DNA of 64,000 bases from an uncultured Candidatus Saccharibacteria bacterium (lineage in GTDB: Bacteria; Patescibacteriota; Minisyncoccia; Spechtbacterales; HO2-43-30): positions 11,505-75,504 of the forward strand of contig CAZDDE010000002.1 in assembly GCA_964504205.1 (NCBI GenBank). Reading direction: 5' to 3'. The translations under genes and the position numbers were made by a program. Within the stretch, counting starts at the first letter, position 1. Each line of letters opens with the position of its first letter. Positions 37,625-47,138 of the stretch are shown in pieces. The notes beneath the pieces are model-generated. The model worked only from the letters and a program-made list of their open reading frames with translations, made no database searches and had not been told where the DNA came from.

Positions 37625-38518
37625 ATGCACGTTTTAGTTACCGGCGGAGCCGGTTTTATCGGGAGTAATTTGGCGGAGCGGCTTATCGGGGAAGGTCACC
37701 AAGTCAGCATAATCGATAATCTTTCCACTGGAAAACGCGCTAATCTCCGCTCCGATGCCGAGTTTTTTGAATTTAATATCGCGGATTTAGATTCTATTAA
37801 AGATATTTTCCAAAGGAAAGATGTTGTTTTTCATGTTGCCGCGATCCCAAGAATATCCCGTTCTATCGAAAATCCCGCGGAGACATTTAACTCTAACGTT
37901 ACCGGAACCCTTAATGTTCTCTTGGCGGCAAGAGACGCTGGCGTGAAGAGGGTTGTATACAGCGCATCATCTTCCGCATATGGCATACAGGATAAACTTC
38001 CTCTATCAGAGGATATGCCGGCAAGACCGCTTAATCCCTACGCGCTTTCCAAGTACATTGGCGAAGAATTATGTAAAGAGTTTACAGATTTATACGGACT
38101 TGATACGATATCTTTACGCTATTTTAATGTCTATGGTCCCCGCATGGATATGCAAGGCGAATATGCCACGGTTATTGGAAAATTTTTACAGCTTAAATCC
38201 GGGGGAAAGCCGCTGACTATCGTCGGCGACGGCAAGCAGACAAGAGACTTCACACACGTCAGCGACATTGTAGAAGCAAATATGCTTGCTTCCCAAATAG
38301 CGCGCGGCGGAGGCGAAATTGTAAATATCGGGGCAGGCAATAACCGTAGCGTTCTTGAGATAGCGGATATTATCGGAGGAGAACGCGTGTATATTCCGGA
38401 AAGACTGGCAGAGATACGAGACACTTTGGCGGATATAAGCAAAGCGAAAAAGATACTGGGCTGGGAACCAAAAGTCATCCTAAAGGAAGGAATTAATCAA
38501 TTACTATCTTATGTTTAA
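37625..38518 (+). CDS. NAD-dependent epimerase/dehydratase (extended SDR, GalE/WbpP-like nucleotide-sugar 4-epimerase)
   Basis: VTGGAGFIGSNL and YSASSSAYG…YALSK catalytic triad region. Confidence 0.75.
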   Translation: MHVLVTGGAGFIGSNLAERLIGEGHQVSIIDNLSTGKRANLRSDAEFFEFNIADLDSIKDIFQRKDVVFHVAAIPRISRSIENPAETFNSNVTGTLNVLLAARDAGVKRVVYSASSSAYGIQDKLPLSEDMPARPLNPYALSKYIGEELCKEFTDLYGLDTISLRYFNVYGPRMDMQGEYATVIGKFLQLKSGGKPLTIVGDGKQTRDFTHVSDIVEANMLASQIARGGGEIVNIGAGNNRSVLEIADIIGGERVYIPERLAEIRDTLADISKAKKILGWEPKVILKEGINQLLSYV

Positions 38519-39338
38519 GCCATCACAGTTTGGCATCATTGGGGCAGGGTATGTCGGCGGCGCAATAATGTATCATTTCAAGGAGTGCAAGATTTGGGAT
38601 AAATTCGTTCAGACGCCGCATACTTTGGAGGAGGTTTTGGCCCAGCCGCTCATTTTTGTTTGTCTTCCGACGCCCTATGCAAAAAAAGCCGTTAGAAAGG
38701 GGCAAACTGTTTTTAGGGGGGCGGATATATCCGCGCAGGTGGAAAATTTAGACAAATTCCCCAAGGGGCGCATTGTGGTTATAAAATCAACTATACCCCC
38801 GGGAGGCTCCGACTATTTTGCAAAAAAATATCCCCATTTAGATATTATCTTTAACCCAGAGTTTTTAACCGCAAAATTTGCTAAAGAAGATTATGGTTTT
38901 CCGGATAAGCAGATCTTGGGTTATACAAGTGAAAAAACCAAGAAGATTTGCGAGGAACTGATGCCGGTTTTACCGCGAGGGCAGTCGCTGATAGTTCCAG
39001 CAGTTGAGGCCGAACTTATCAAGTACTCTATCAATAATTATTACGCGAAGAACGTTGTTTTTGCCAATCAAATTTATGACGTTTGCCAAAAACTTGGGGC
39101 AGATTACGACAACGTTCGGCTTGGTTTTACGATTGATAAGCGTATTAACGACAGCCATTTTGGGATATTCACTGATGGCTATCGCGGCTACTCGGGCGCT
39201 TGCTTGCCGAAAGATATGAAGACTTTCATTCAGCTTGGCAAAGAGCTGGGTTTGGATTTGAAGCTGCACAAAATCGTTGATGCTCTAAACGAAAAGCTCT
39301 TACGAGATGGGAAGAAAATCAAAACGCAAAAAACTTAA
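38511..39338 (+). CDS. UDP-glucose/GDP-mannose dehydrogenase-family protein, short form lacking the usual C-terminal domain
   Basis: GIIGAGYVGG NAD motif, STIPPGGS and NPEFLTAKFAKEDYGFPDKQILG central-domain motifs; only 275 aa. Confidence 0.5.
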   Translation: MFKPSQFGIIGAGYVGGAIMYHFKECKIWDKFVQTPHTLEEVLAQPLIFVCLPTPYAKKAVRKGQTVFRGADISAQVENLDKFPKGRIVVIKSTIPPGGSDYFAKKYPHLDIIFNPEFLTAKFAKEDYGFPDKQILGYTSEKTKKICEELMPVLPRGQSLIVPAVEAELIKYSINNYYAKNVVFANQIYDVCQKLGADYDNVRLGFTIDKRINDSHFGIFTDGYRGYSGACLPKDMKTFIQLGKELGLDLKLHKIVDALNEKLLRDGKKIKTQKT

Positions 39339-41598
39339 GAGAGCGCAGGAACCTTCGGTCGCTACACCCTTCCAAGAACGCGCTTTAGCAAAAAATTTGC
39401 GACAACGCGCTTCTGGGTCGGGCTTGTTTTTAATAGAAGTTATCCGCTGGGGCGCGTATGCCGCTCTTTTTGCGCCGCTTGTCGTTCATCCTTCTTTCTT
39501 TTTTCCATTCGTTGTTCCCAAAGCAGTATTTTTTTGGATATTCAGCGAAGTAATATTTTTTGCCTGGCTGCTTCTTGCCATACCAAACAAGGAATTTCGG
39601 CCAAAATTAAACCCTCTCTCCATCGCATTTGGCTTTTTTATAACCGTAACTGTAATAACGTCATTTACCGGCATCAATATAGAACGCAGTTTTTGGAGTA
39701 CCTTTGAAAGAATGGCCGGAACGGTTAATTGGTTTCACCTAGCGCTTTTCTTCTTCGTTCTTACCTCAACCTTTAAAAATGCGGCAGATTGGAAAAAATT
39801 AATGACAGTTTCATTCATCGTATCGTGTGTCGTTTCTTTTATATTTTTACTGGAAAGATTGGGCATCGCGACTCTTCCGTTTGAATCAAGAAACGGCGCG
39901 ACCATAGGAAATTCAAGTTTTATGGCGGCATATCTGTTGTTCAATGTTTTTTTTGGAATATGGCTTACCTACACGTCAAAAATGAATTGGGGAAAAATTT
40001 TGTATGGTTTTGGACTCGGCTTGCTTATTTTAAGCATGCTGGCATCCACTGCCTACGGAGCAATGGTTTCAATGTTCGGAGGATTCCTTATGGTTTTTTT
40101 GGGGTGGCTTTTTTGGGGTGCGAAATTCCGTTATGCCAAGTCAGCATGTATAGTTCTCATTGGCATTGGCATTGCGGCGGCTGGAATTATCGGGTACGGG
40201 ACTTTTAGCCAGAATGAAAAGATTACGAGCAAACTGCCTTATTTCTTCTCAAACAAAGGTACGATTGGCGCGCGAAAGGTGGTCTGGGAAAACGCTTGGC
40301 AGGGAATTAAGGAACGGCCGTTTTTCGGCTGGGGTCCGGAAAATTTTAACGTTGTTTTCACAAAGTATTTTAATCCATGCATGCCCTTGAACCGATGCGG
40401 CGGGGAGGTTTGGTATGATCGAACCCATAATACTTTTCTTGATCATCTAGTGCACTCGGGAATCTTTGGGCTGGCGGGATTTCTGATGATGCCAGTTAGC
40501 GCTCTGTGGATTCTACTGCGCAAAGCTTTTCGAGAAAATAAGGAATGGATGTTGCCAGTAGTTCTAGCTGCGGCACTTACCAGCTATCTTGTTCAGAATC
40601 TTCTTGTCTTTGATATGCCGAGCACCTATATAATGTTTGCCTTCACGTTGGCGGCGGCAACGGGATTGGCGAAAATTGGGAAAAACGAACAAGCGCATGC
40701 AGGGGCAGTAAAGCTTGCGAGCCCTGTGACCATTGTTGCGGTTGGACTTTTTGGGGTGTATTTTCTTTTTTCATGGGGATTGCAGTCTTTGCAAGCGGCG
40801 CATTGGGGAATTACTATTAATCACGATTCAATGCCTCCGGAAAAGCGATTGGAAATTTACAAAAAAAAGTTATCAGTAAGTCCTCTTGGCAATAGGCAGG
40901 TGCCGGAATTTTTCACGAATAATATGGTGAGTAATTTGAACCGCGGAGTTAATCTGTCGGCGAGTTTTGTCGGGGAAGTCGGAGAAATTATGGAAAAAAT
41001 TGCGGCAAAAAATCCTATAGACTTCAGGCACCATCTTATTGCCGGAAATTATTATGCCGCGGCGAAAGAGTATAATGAAAACAGTTTAGGGAAAGCAGAA
41101 AATTTTCTTAAAAAAGCCATAGATTTGTCGCCTACAAATCAGCAGGGTTATACATCTCTCGGGCAAGTTTATTTAATGCGGGGCGAGAGTGAAAAAGGGG
41201 TGGCGATGCTGAAAAAAGCGGTCGAGTTAGAACCGCATTACGACAAGGCGCAACTCAATCTAGCCGATGCTTATGGAAGAATCGGAGATTATGAGGCGGC
41301 AAAAAATGTGTATGAATTCGTAATTAACGAAGGAAACATTCTTTCTTATGTAAAAACGATAACGAGTATCGTGCGTGCGTATGATGAAACGGGAGATTAT
41401 GAAAAGGCGATTATCTGGCTTCGCGAAGTTGCGGAAAGTGAAGTTGGAAAAAAGGAAGGAGATGTTCATTTTAAGCTTGCGGATCTTCTGAAAAAGGGCG
41501 GATACAAGGAAGAGGCGCGCGCCGAGGCAGTCAAGGCAAAGGAGCTCAAACCATCTCTAAGCGAAAATGTTGAGGATTTTTTGAAAGAACTTAAATGA
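39307..41598 (+). CDS. O-antigen ligase (Wzy_C)-domain membrane protein fused to C-terminal TPR repeats
   Basis: Multi-TM region with WGPENFNVVF…YDRTHNTFLDHLVHSGIFGLAGF Wzy_C-like loop; C-terminal TPR-like repeats. Confidence 0.6.
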   Translation: MGRKSKRKKLKRAQEPSVATPFQERALAKNLRQRASGSGLFLIEVIRWGAYAALFAPLVVHPSFFFPFVVPKAVFFWIFSEVIFFAWLLLAIPNKEFRPKLNPLSIAFGFFITVTVITSFTGINIERSFWSTFERMAGTVNWFHLALFFFVLTSTFKNAADWKKLMTVSFIVSCVVSFIFLLERLGIATLPFESRNGATIGNSSFMAAYLLFNVFFGIWLTYTSKMNWGKILYGFGLGLLILSMLASTAYGAMVSMFGGFLMVFLGWLFWGAKFRYAKSACIVLIGIGIAAAGIIGYGTFSQNEKITSKLPYFFSNKGTIGARKVVWENAWQGIKERPFFGWGPENFNVVFTKYFNPCMPLNRCGGEVWYDRTHNTFLDHLVHSGIFGLAGFLMMPVSALWILLRKAFRENKEWMLPVVLAAALTSYLVQNLLVFDMPSTYIMFAFTLAAATGLAKIGKNEQAHAGAVKLASPVTIVAVGLFGVYFLFSWGLQSLQAAHWGITINHDSMPPEKRLEIYKKKLSVSPLGNRQVPEFFTNNMVSNLNRGVNLSASFVGEVGEIMEKIAAKNPIDFRHHLIAGNYYAAAKEYNENSLGKAENFLKKAIDLSPTNQQGYTSLGQVYLMRGESEKGVAMLKKAVELEPHYDKAQLNLADAYGRIGDYEAAKNVYEFVINEGNILSYVKTITSIVRAYDETGDYEKAIIWLREVAESEVGKKEGDVHFKLADLLKKGGYKEEARAEAVKAKELKPSLSENVEDFLKELK

Positions 41599-43346
41599 AA
41601 AAATTTTTAATTCCCGTCATGATCGGAATTTTTGTTTTTACGCAAACTGCCTTGGCGCAAAGCGTGTCGTTTAATATCGATTCTTCATACGATATAAGCG
41701 GAAGATCTGGCATTAGTGCTTCGGAGCACCACGCGGGGACAAATTCAAGATGGTTTGTTGCCGATGATTACTGGAATAGTTTAAGCGGCGGAGCTAAGGA
41801 TAATTTAACAGCAAATATAAAAATACTCTCCAATGAATTTGACGAAGTTATTTACCCGCGTCTGCGCGCTCTTTTTGGGAGCGAAAATACGCCGGGCGTT
41901 GATGGCGATCCAAAGATTACAATTCTGGTTCTTGAAATGATTGAGGAGGCCGGCGGATATATGCGCGAACAGGACGGTTTGGCGCAAGATAAAATTATTG
42001 GTTCAAACGGACGCGAGATGGTCTATCTTAACGCCGCTTATCTTGGAAACAGTAGGGCAAAATCGTTTCTGGCGCATGAATTTCAGCATCTAATCACCTT
42101 TAACCAAAAGTTTGTTCAGTATAATGTTCAGGAAGAAGTTTGGCTGAATGAGCTGCGTTCGGAAATTGCTTCAACAATTCTTGGCTACGATAATCCGCAG
42201 GTTTATGGCGGAAGCAATCTTGAGGCCCGCGTTAAAAATTTTTTGAAGTCGCCAAGCGACGCTGTTTTGGAGTGGGAGAATAAATCTAAAGATTATTCAA
42301 CAATCAATCTTTTAGGTCAGTATATTCTGGACTATTATGGGCGATCAGTGCTTGCGGCAATGACCGCGAATAACAAAGTCGGCATTGAAAGTTTTAATGA
42401 AGCTTTGCGCGCGTTTGGGTTTAGCGAAGATTTTAGCGAGGTATTTAAGAATTGGACGCTGGCCGCGTTAGTAAATGATTGTCAAGTCGGGCCAAAGCTT
42501 TGTTATAAAAATCCAAATTTAGATTTTAGTAACTTTCATATTCAATTCAATATTATTGAAGGCAGCGGAGAGAAAATAACGTCGCAGTCGCAGACGAAAG
42601 ACTGGAAGGCCGATTGGCTGAAACTGGAAAAACAACTCAATGCAGAAAAACCGCAGGAGCATATTTTTATGCTACAGTTTTTCGCGGCAGAGGCGAGCAA
42701 GTTTAGGATTCCTTACGTGGTGTACGACAGCGGCGGCAAAGTTATGGAAGTGGGTGAAATACCGATCGACGAGCGCGAATCCGGGACTCTCTTTGTGGAA
42801 AATTTTGGATTTAGCGTACCGAAAATCGTGATAATCCCCTACAATCAGACACAGAAAGTCGGCACCAACGGCAACGCGTTATCAACAACTTACACTTTTA
42901 ATGCTTCAACGATAGACGATGCGACACGGCAAACCTATTTTACGCCTGCGGCCCCGAATCTCCTCGAGGTTCCGGCCGTAAGTACTTCCTTGCCGAATTT
43001 AGCGGATGGCAGTTTAATTCGCGCGGAAGGGGATTACAAAGTCTATATTATCAAAGATGGTTACAAGCGTTGGCTCCAGTCGGCCGAGATTTTTAATTTT
43101 TATGGCCATTTAGGATTTGAGGTTGTTAATGTTCTGCCGCAAGATACAGTCGCGCTCTATAAGGACGCTTGGCTGGTGCGCGCCGAAGGAGACTTCAAAG
43201 TCTACGAAATCAACGGCGACGGCACCCGTCACTGGCTGGATATTTCGGCGGAGGAGTTTAACGCGAGCGGCCGATCGTGGGACATGATCTATGTGATAAA
43301 CAAAGCGGAACTCAATTGGTATCAGGAGGGGGCGAGCGTAAAATAG
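41595..43346 (+). CDS. Secreted putative zinc metallopeptidase (HExxH) with two C-terminal tandem ~55 aa repeats
   Basis: Signal peptide MKKFLIPVMIGIFVFTQTALA; HEFQH motif; repeated AEGD[YF]KVY.I..G.KR.WL modules at the C-terminus. Confidence 0.4.
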   Translation: MKKFLIPVMIGIFVFTQTALAQSVSFNIDSSYDISGRSGISASEHHAGTNSRWFVADDYWNSLSGGAKDNLTANIKILSNEFDEVIYPRLRALFGSENTPGVDGDPKITILVLEMIEEAGGYMREQDGLAQDKIIGSNGREMVYLNAAYLGNSRAKSFLAHEFQHLITFNQKFVQYNVQEEVWLNELRSEIASTILGYDNPQVYGGSNLEARVKNFLKSPSDAVLEWENKSKDYSTINLLGQYILDYYGRSVLAAMTANNKVGIESFNEALRAFGFSEDFSEVFKNWTLAALVNDCQVGPKLCYKNPNLDFSNFHIQFNIIEGSGEKITSQSQTKDWKADWLKLEKQLNAEKPQEHIFMLQFFAAEASKFRIPYVVYDSGGKVMEVGEIPIDERESGTLFVENFGFSVPKIVIIPYNQTQKVGTNGNALSTTYTFNASTIDDATRQTYFTPAAPNLLEVPAVSTSLPNLADGSLIRAEGDYKVYIIKDGYKRWLQSAEIFNFYGHLGFEVVNVLPQDTVALYKDAWLVRAEGDFKVYEINGDGTRHWLDISAEEFNASGRSWDMIYVINKAELNWYQEGASVK

Positions 43347-43405
43347 TTGACTTAACAATATAGTTATGTAAGATTAGTTATAGTTTTTTGACAGGAGGTG
43401 TCCAA

Positions 43406-44227
43406 GTGGACTTGATAGATTTGGTGCAAGGAAGGGTGAGTATTCTATACGAAGGTCCGTGGACCGAGGATATGGTGAGAATTTCAGTGAACAAAACCCA
43501 CTCGCCATATATATCGCGGGAGTTGAAACAGATTGCAGCAGAGCGCTACAATTTAAGGCAGAAGGAAAGAGCAATCCGTGGCCTTCGCGCTCTTAGCGAT
43601 AATGATGTCATGCATCTTTGCAGGGAGCATTCCTGCATTACGAAGAAAGAGGCGTATCTTGCGATGGGTCCGATAAAATATTCGCAGTATTGCATAGCTA
43701 CTCCGGAAGTCGCGAATATGCTTGAATGCACAGTCTTGGACTTGCCGATTGGGATGGCTGTAAATGTTGTTATAGTAACCCCCGATAAAAAAGTTGTGAT
43801 GATGAAGGCGAGCGGTCATGTTGACTTTCCCGAAAGGATTGACGTTCCGGGCGGAGTGTACAGCGGCGATACGCCGTTTATGGCAATCTACAAAGAGATT
43901 TCAGAAGAGGTAGGACTCCATCGCGAAGAACTTTTGAATATCCGTCTGCTTGGCATGTCAACAAGATTTGAGGATCGAACTATTCTCGTCCTCACTTTTT
44001 TTGCTGATACACTGCTTAATTCCGAAGAAGTTTTGGAAAGGGCAAAACACGCTCCGGATAGCTGGGAGGGACAGATTCTCTTCTTGGTGTGCGAGTCGGA
44101 TGCACTGCGCCACTACCTATTGGAAAATGGAAAAGACAGCAAGCGCAAGATGGTTTCAAGCTGTTTTTCTGCATTAGTCCTGGCTGGTCGGCATATGTGG
44201 GGACAGGAATGGTCGAAAATAAAATAG
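43406..44227 (+). CDS. Hypothetical protein with a degenerate NUDIX-like box; paralog of 44843-45781
   Basis: GGVYSGDTPFMAIYKEISEEVGL resembles the NUDIX box; shared C-terminal SALVLAGRHMWGQEWS motif with its paralog. Likely GTG start after AGGAGG; the track ORF begins at a TTG at 43388. Confidence 0.4.
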   Translation: MDLIDLVQGRVSILYEGPWTEDMVRISVNKTHSPYISRELKQIAAERYNLRQKERAIRGLRALSDNDVMHLCREHSCITKKEAYLAMGPIKYSQYCIATPEVANMLECTVLDLPIGMAVNVVIVTPDKKVVMMKASGHVDFPERIDVPGGVYSGDTPFMAIYKEISEEVGLHREELLNIRLLGMSTRFEDRTILVLTFFADTLLNSEEVLERAKHAPDSWEGQILFLVCESDALRHYLLENGKDSKRKMVSSCFSALVLAGRHMWGQEWSKIK

Positions 44228-44240
44228 ATTGGAGGACGCA

Positions 44241-44774
44241 ATGGTAGTTAACGGTCGGTATTTTGAGCAAGAAGGTTTTAAATCGCACGCAAAATTTCTT
44301 CCCGACGAAACATATAGTCAAGTCCTGGATAGTATTGTAATGGCCTGTGTAGATGCTGTGTTGATGAACTCAAAAGGCGAGATGTTAATAGGAAAGCGCG
44401 CGGTGGAGCCGAATCGTGACTGGTGGATTATTGGGGGACGTATGCGACCGGGAGAAAGCTTTGAGCAGGCGGCAGCAGTGAATGTCGAGCGAGAGCTTGG
44501 AATCAGTATCGAACCTTCGCGATTTAAGTATCTCTGCACCTATTCCGTTGCTTGGGCAAGGCGAGCCGAGCCACCTTGCGAAAATGGATTACACCAAGTA
44601 TCAATCACGATGCTTGTGCGCGTAACTGACGAGGAAGTGAGTTCGATTCAACATAATGAAGAGTACGAAACTCTCGAATGGGTTTATCCGACCGAGCTAA
44701 TTTTCAATGATGGCTTTCATCCAGCACTCGGCATGGTTGCAAAGAATGTTATCATGGTTATCGCAACGTCGTAG
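44241..44774 (+). CDS. GDP-mannose mannosyl hydrolase-like NUDIX protein, second paralog
   Basis: VDAVLMNSKGEMLIGKRAVEPNRDWWIIGGRMRPGESFEQAAAVNVERELGI. ATG at 44241 follows a GGAGGA RBS; the track ORF begins at a TTG at 44229. Confidence 0.6.
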   Translation: MVVNGRYFEQEGFKSHAKFLPDETYSQVLDSIVMACVDAVLMNSKGEMLIGKRAVEPNRDWWIIGGRMRPGESFEQAAAVNVERELGISIEPSRFKYLCTYSVAWARRAEPPCENGLHQVSITMLVRVTDEEVSSIQHNEEYETLEWVYPTELIFNDGFHPALGMVAKNVIMVIATS

Positions 44775-44842
44775 GGCAGGATAGGATATGAAACAGCCGC
44801 CTAAAAAATCTATAAGGAATAGTTACTGAGAAGGAGGGCAAA

Positions 44843-45781
44843 ATGCACGACCTGATGAATTTGGTTGCCGAGCGAGTAAGGATAGTATCCGAAGGGAAAT
44901 GGACTAGATACGCTGTCGATTGTGATGGGGATGAAATGTTTGAGCCCAAAGTCTCGCAAGAGATGATTAATTTTGCAACTTCAAGGTTCCTTGAAAGAAA
45001 AGCTAAAAACCCCAATCTATTTGATGGCCCTGCCATGCATTTGTCGCTGGAATATTCAAAGTTATCAGGGGATGCTCTTTATCTTGCAGTCGGTCTATTT
45101 AAGTATTCGGTTTATGATATCTGCCGCAAGGAATTTATCGAAAAGTTTGGCTGGGATGAAAGCCAACTCCCGACCGGCATGGGTGTTAATGCGGTTGTAG
45201 TAACCCTGGATTCCAAAATAGTGATGCATGACCGCGACCCCAATGTAGACCATAAAGCAAAGATAGGGATTATCGGTAGCGTCTATAGTGAGGACAAGCC
45301 GTTTACACATATCCAGAGCGAACTTTGGGAAGAAGTTGGTTTAGAGCTTCAAGAAACCAACGATCTATTTCTTGTCGGAATTTCTAGTAGATTAGATGAG
45401 AGAATAAATCACGAACTGACTTTCATAGTACAAGTTCCTCTGATCGCAGAAGAGGTCATGAGAAGATGGGAGAGAGCCATAGACAAGAAGGAAGGCGAGG
45501 TTTTCTTTCTTGAATGTGATCCCGACGTACTACATAGTTATTTGCAAGCAAATTACGCAAAGATGCTCTCCACTGCCTTTTCAGGTTTAGTCCTTGCCGG
45601 CCGGCACATGTGGGGCGAAGAGTGGTCGCGAATAACGAAAGCGGACTACGAATCGTTTGAAGAGACGGTTGGTATTGTGGAGGATAAGGAGTTGATGAAG
45701 GCATTGGAAAAAGGTAAAGAAGAGGTTGATGAGGGGAAGTTCATCCCATGGAAAGACGTGAAGGCCGAGCTCGGCTTATGA
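44843..45781 (+). CDS. Hypothetical protein with a degenerate NUDIX-like box; paralog of 43406-44227
   Basis: IGSVYSEDKPFTHIQSELWEEVGL box and shared FSGLVLAGRHMWGEEWS motif; strong AAGGAGGG RBS. Confidence 0.4.
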   Translation: MHDLMNLVAERVRIVSEGKWTRYAVDCDGDEMFEPKVSQEMINFATSRFLERKAKNPNLFDGPAMHLSLEYSKLSGDALYLAVGLFKYSVYDICRKEFIEKFGWDESQLPTGMGVNAVVVTLDSKIVMHDRDPNVDHKAKIGIIGSVYSEDKPFTHIQSELWEEVGLELQETNDLFLVGISSRLDERINHELTFIVQVPLIAEEVMRRWERAIDKKEGEVFFLECDPDVLHSYLQANYAKMLSTAFSGLVLAGRHMWGEEWSRITKADYESFEETVGIVEDKELMKALEKGKEEVDEGKFIPWKDVKAELGL

Positions 45782-45784
45782 CTT

Positions 45785-45812
45785 GAGAGCAGATTTTCTG
45801 CTCTTTTTATTT
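45785..45812 (+). terminator. Rho-independent terminator candidate
   Basis: gagcagattttctgctc hairpin followed by a T-run. Confidence 0.5.
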
Positions 45813-45839
45813 TGGCCAAACTATGCTATTTTGAGATGA

Positions 45840-46784
45840 ATGAAGATGGATATAAAAGAAAATACTCAACTTGCGCCCTACACGACTTATCAAATCGGCG
45901 GGCCGGCGAGATATCTTTATGAGGCAAAAAGCGTGGAAGAAATCTCCGAAGCGGTAAGCTGGGCGCGAGAACAGGGCATGCCACTTTTTATCTTAGGGGG
46001 GGGTAGCAATATCTTAGTTTCAGATAAAGGATTTGATGGGCTCGTTGTTAGAATTAAGAATCAAGAATTAAGAATCAAGAACGGAAATGTTATAGAATCC
46101 GGAGCAGGAATTGATTTGCCAAAGTTGGTTGAGCTTGCAGTTAACGGCGGCCTCAAAGGTTTAGAGTGGGCCTCTGGCATTCCAGGAACTTTTGGCGGAG
46201 CCATTTACGGTAATGCCGGCGCCTTCGGGAGTGAAATAAAAGACATTCTAGTTTCCTGCAGATTTATTGATGAGGTGGGCAAGATACGAGAATTTCGTAA
46301 TAAAGACTGCACTTTTTTGTATCGCGATAGTATTTTTAAACAAAATCCTAATTATACAATTCTATCAGCCACGCTTCAGCTTGAACCCGGAAATAAAAAA
46401 GAGCTTCAAGATTTTTCAAGAAAGACTATCGAATACCGCGCCGCGCGCCATCCTTTAGAATACGGCTCCTGCGGCAGTGTTTTCAAAGCAATCGCAGTGC
46501 AAAATATAAGCGATGAAATTTTTGCAAAATTTTCACGTTTTAAGAATTCTATCAAAGAAGACCCCTTCCCAGTGGTCCCGGCCGCCTGCTTTATTGACGA
46601 AGCTGATTTGAAGGGGTATGTTCTTGGCGGGGCCGCGATCAGCACAAAGCATCCGAATTTTTTTGTGAATTTTAACAATGCCCGCGCCGAAGATGTTATA
46701 CTGTTGATAAGCATTGCCAAGCAGCGCTTAGTTGATAGATTTGGTATAATGGCGGAAGAAGAGGTGCAATTAGTTGGATTCTAA
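45840..46784 (+). CDS. murB: UDP-N-acetylenolpyruvoylglucosamine reductase
   Basis: FAD-binding N-terminus (APYTTYQIGGPARYLYEAKS…ILGGGSNILVSD) and MurB C-terminal domain. Confidence 0.85.
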   Translation: MKMDIKENTQLAPYTTYQIGGPARYLYEAKSVEEISEAVSWAREQGMPLFILGGGSNILVSDKGFDGLVVRIKNQELRIKNGNVIESGAGIDLPKLVELAVNGGLKGLEWASGIPGTFGGAIYGNAGAFGSEIKDILVSCRFIDEVGKIREFRNKDCTFLYRDSIFKQNPNYTILSATLQLEPGNKKELQDFSRKTIEYRAARHPLEYGSCGSVFKAIAVQNISDEIFAKFSRFKNSIKEDPFPVVPAACFIDEADLKGYVLGGAAISTKHPNFFVNFNNARAEDVILLISIAKQRLVDRFGIMAEEEVQLVGF

Positions 46785-46786
46785 TT

Positions 46787-47137
46787 ATGAAAATAACCAT
46801 CAAATCCACCAACCTAGAAATATCCGATTCAATACACGCATACGTCAGCGCAAAGATTAATTCGCTTGACAGATTTGTGCAGAATGTTAATCCAGTGGAA
46901 TGCTGGATGGAAGTAGAAAAAACAACCGATCATCATCGCAAGGGCGATATTTTCCGCGCCGAGGCGCAGATAAAACTGCCGGGTGCTTCGGGTCTTCGTG
47001 CCGAGGCAAGTGAGTGGGATCTGCATCAGGCAATAGATAAGGTAAAAGATGAACTGCAAAGACAGCTGAAACGTTATAAGCGAAAAATGGTTACAAAAAG
47101 AAGGAAGGGGACTGCTTCAAAAGGAGGCACATCGTGA
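46787..47137 (+). CDS. hpf: Ribosome hibernation-promoting factor / RaiA (sigma-54 modulation protein family)
   Basis: MKITIKSTNLEISDSIHAYVSAKI family-typical N-terminus; ~115 aa. Confidence 0.8.
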   Translation: MKITIKSTNLEISDSIHAYVSAKINSLDRFVQNVNPVECWMEVEKTTDHHRKGDIFRAEAQIKLPGASGLRAEASEWDLHQAIDKVKDELQRQLKRYKRKMVTKRRKGTASKGGTS

Positions 47138-47138
47138 T

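Noticed and set aside
43388-44241. TTG start codons given by the ORF track for the genes at 43388 and 44229
   Set aside because: A GTG at 43406 (after AGGAGG) and an ATG at 44241 (after GGAGGA) have proper Shine-Dalgarno spacing. The TTG starts are probably artefacts of the ORF caller.
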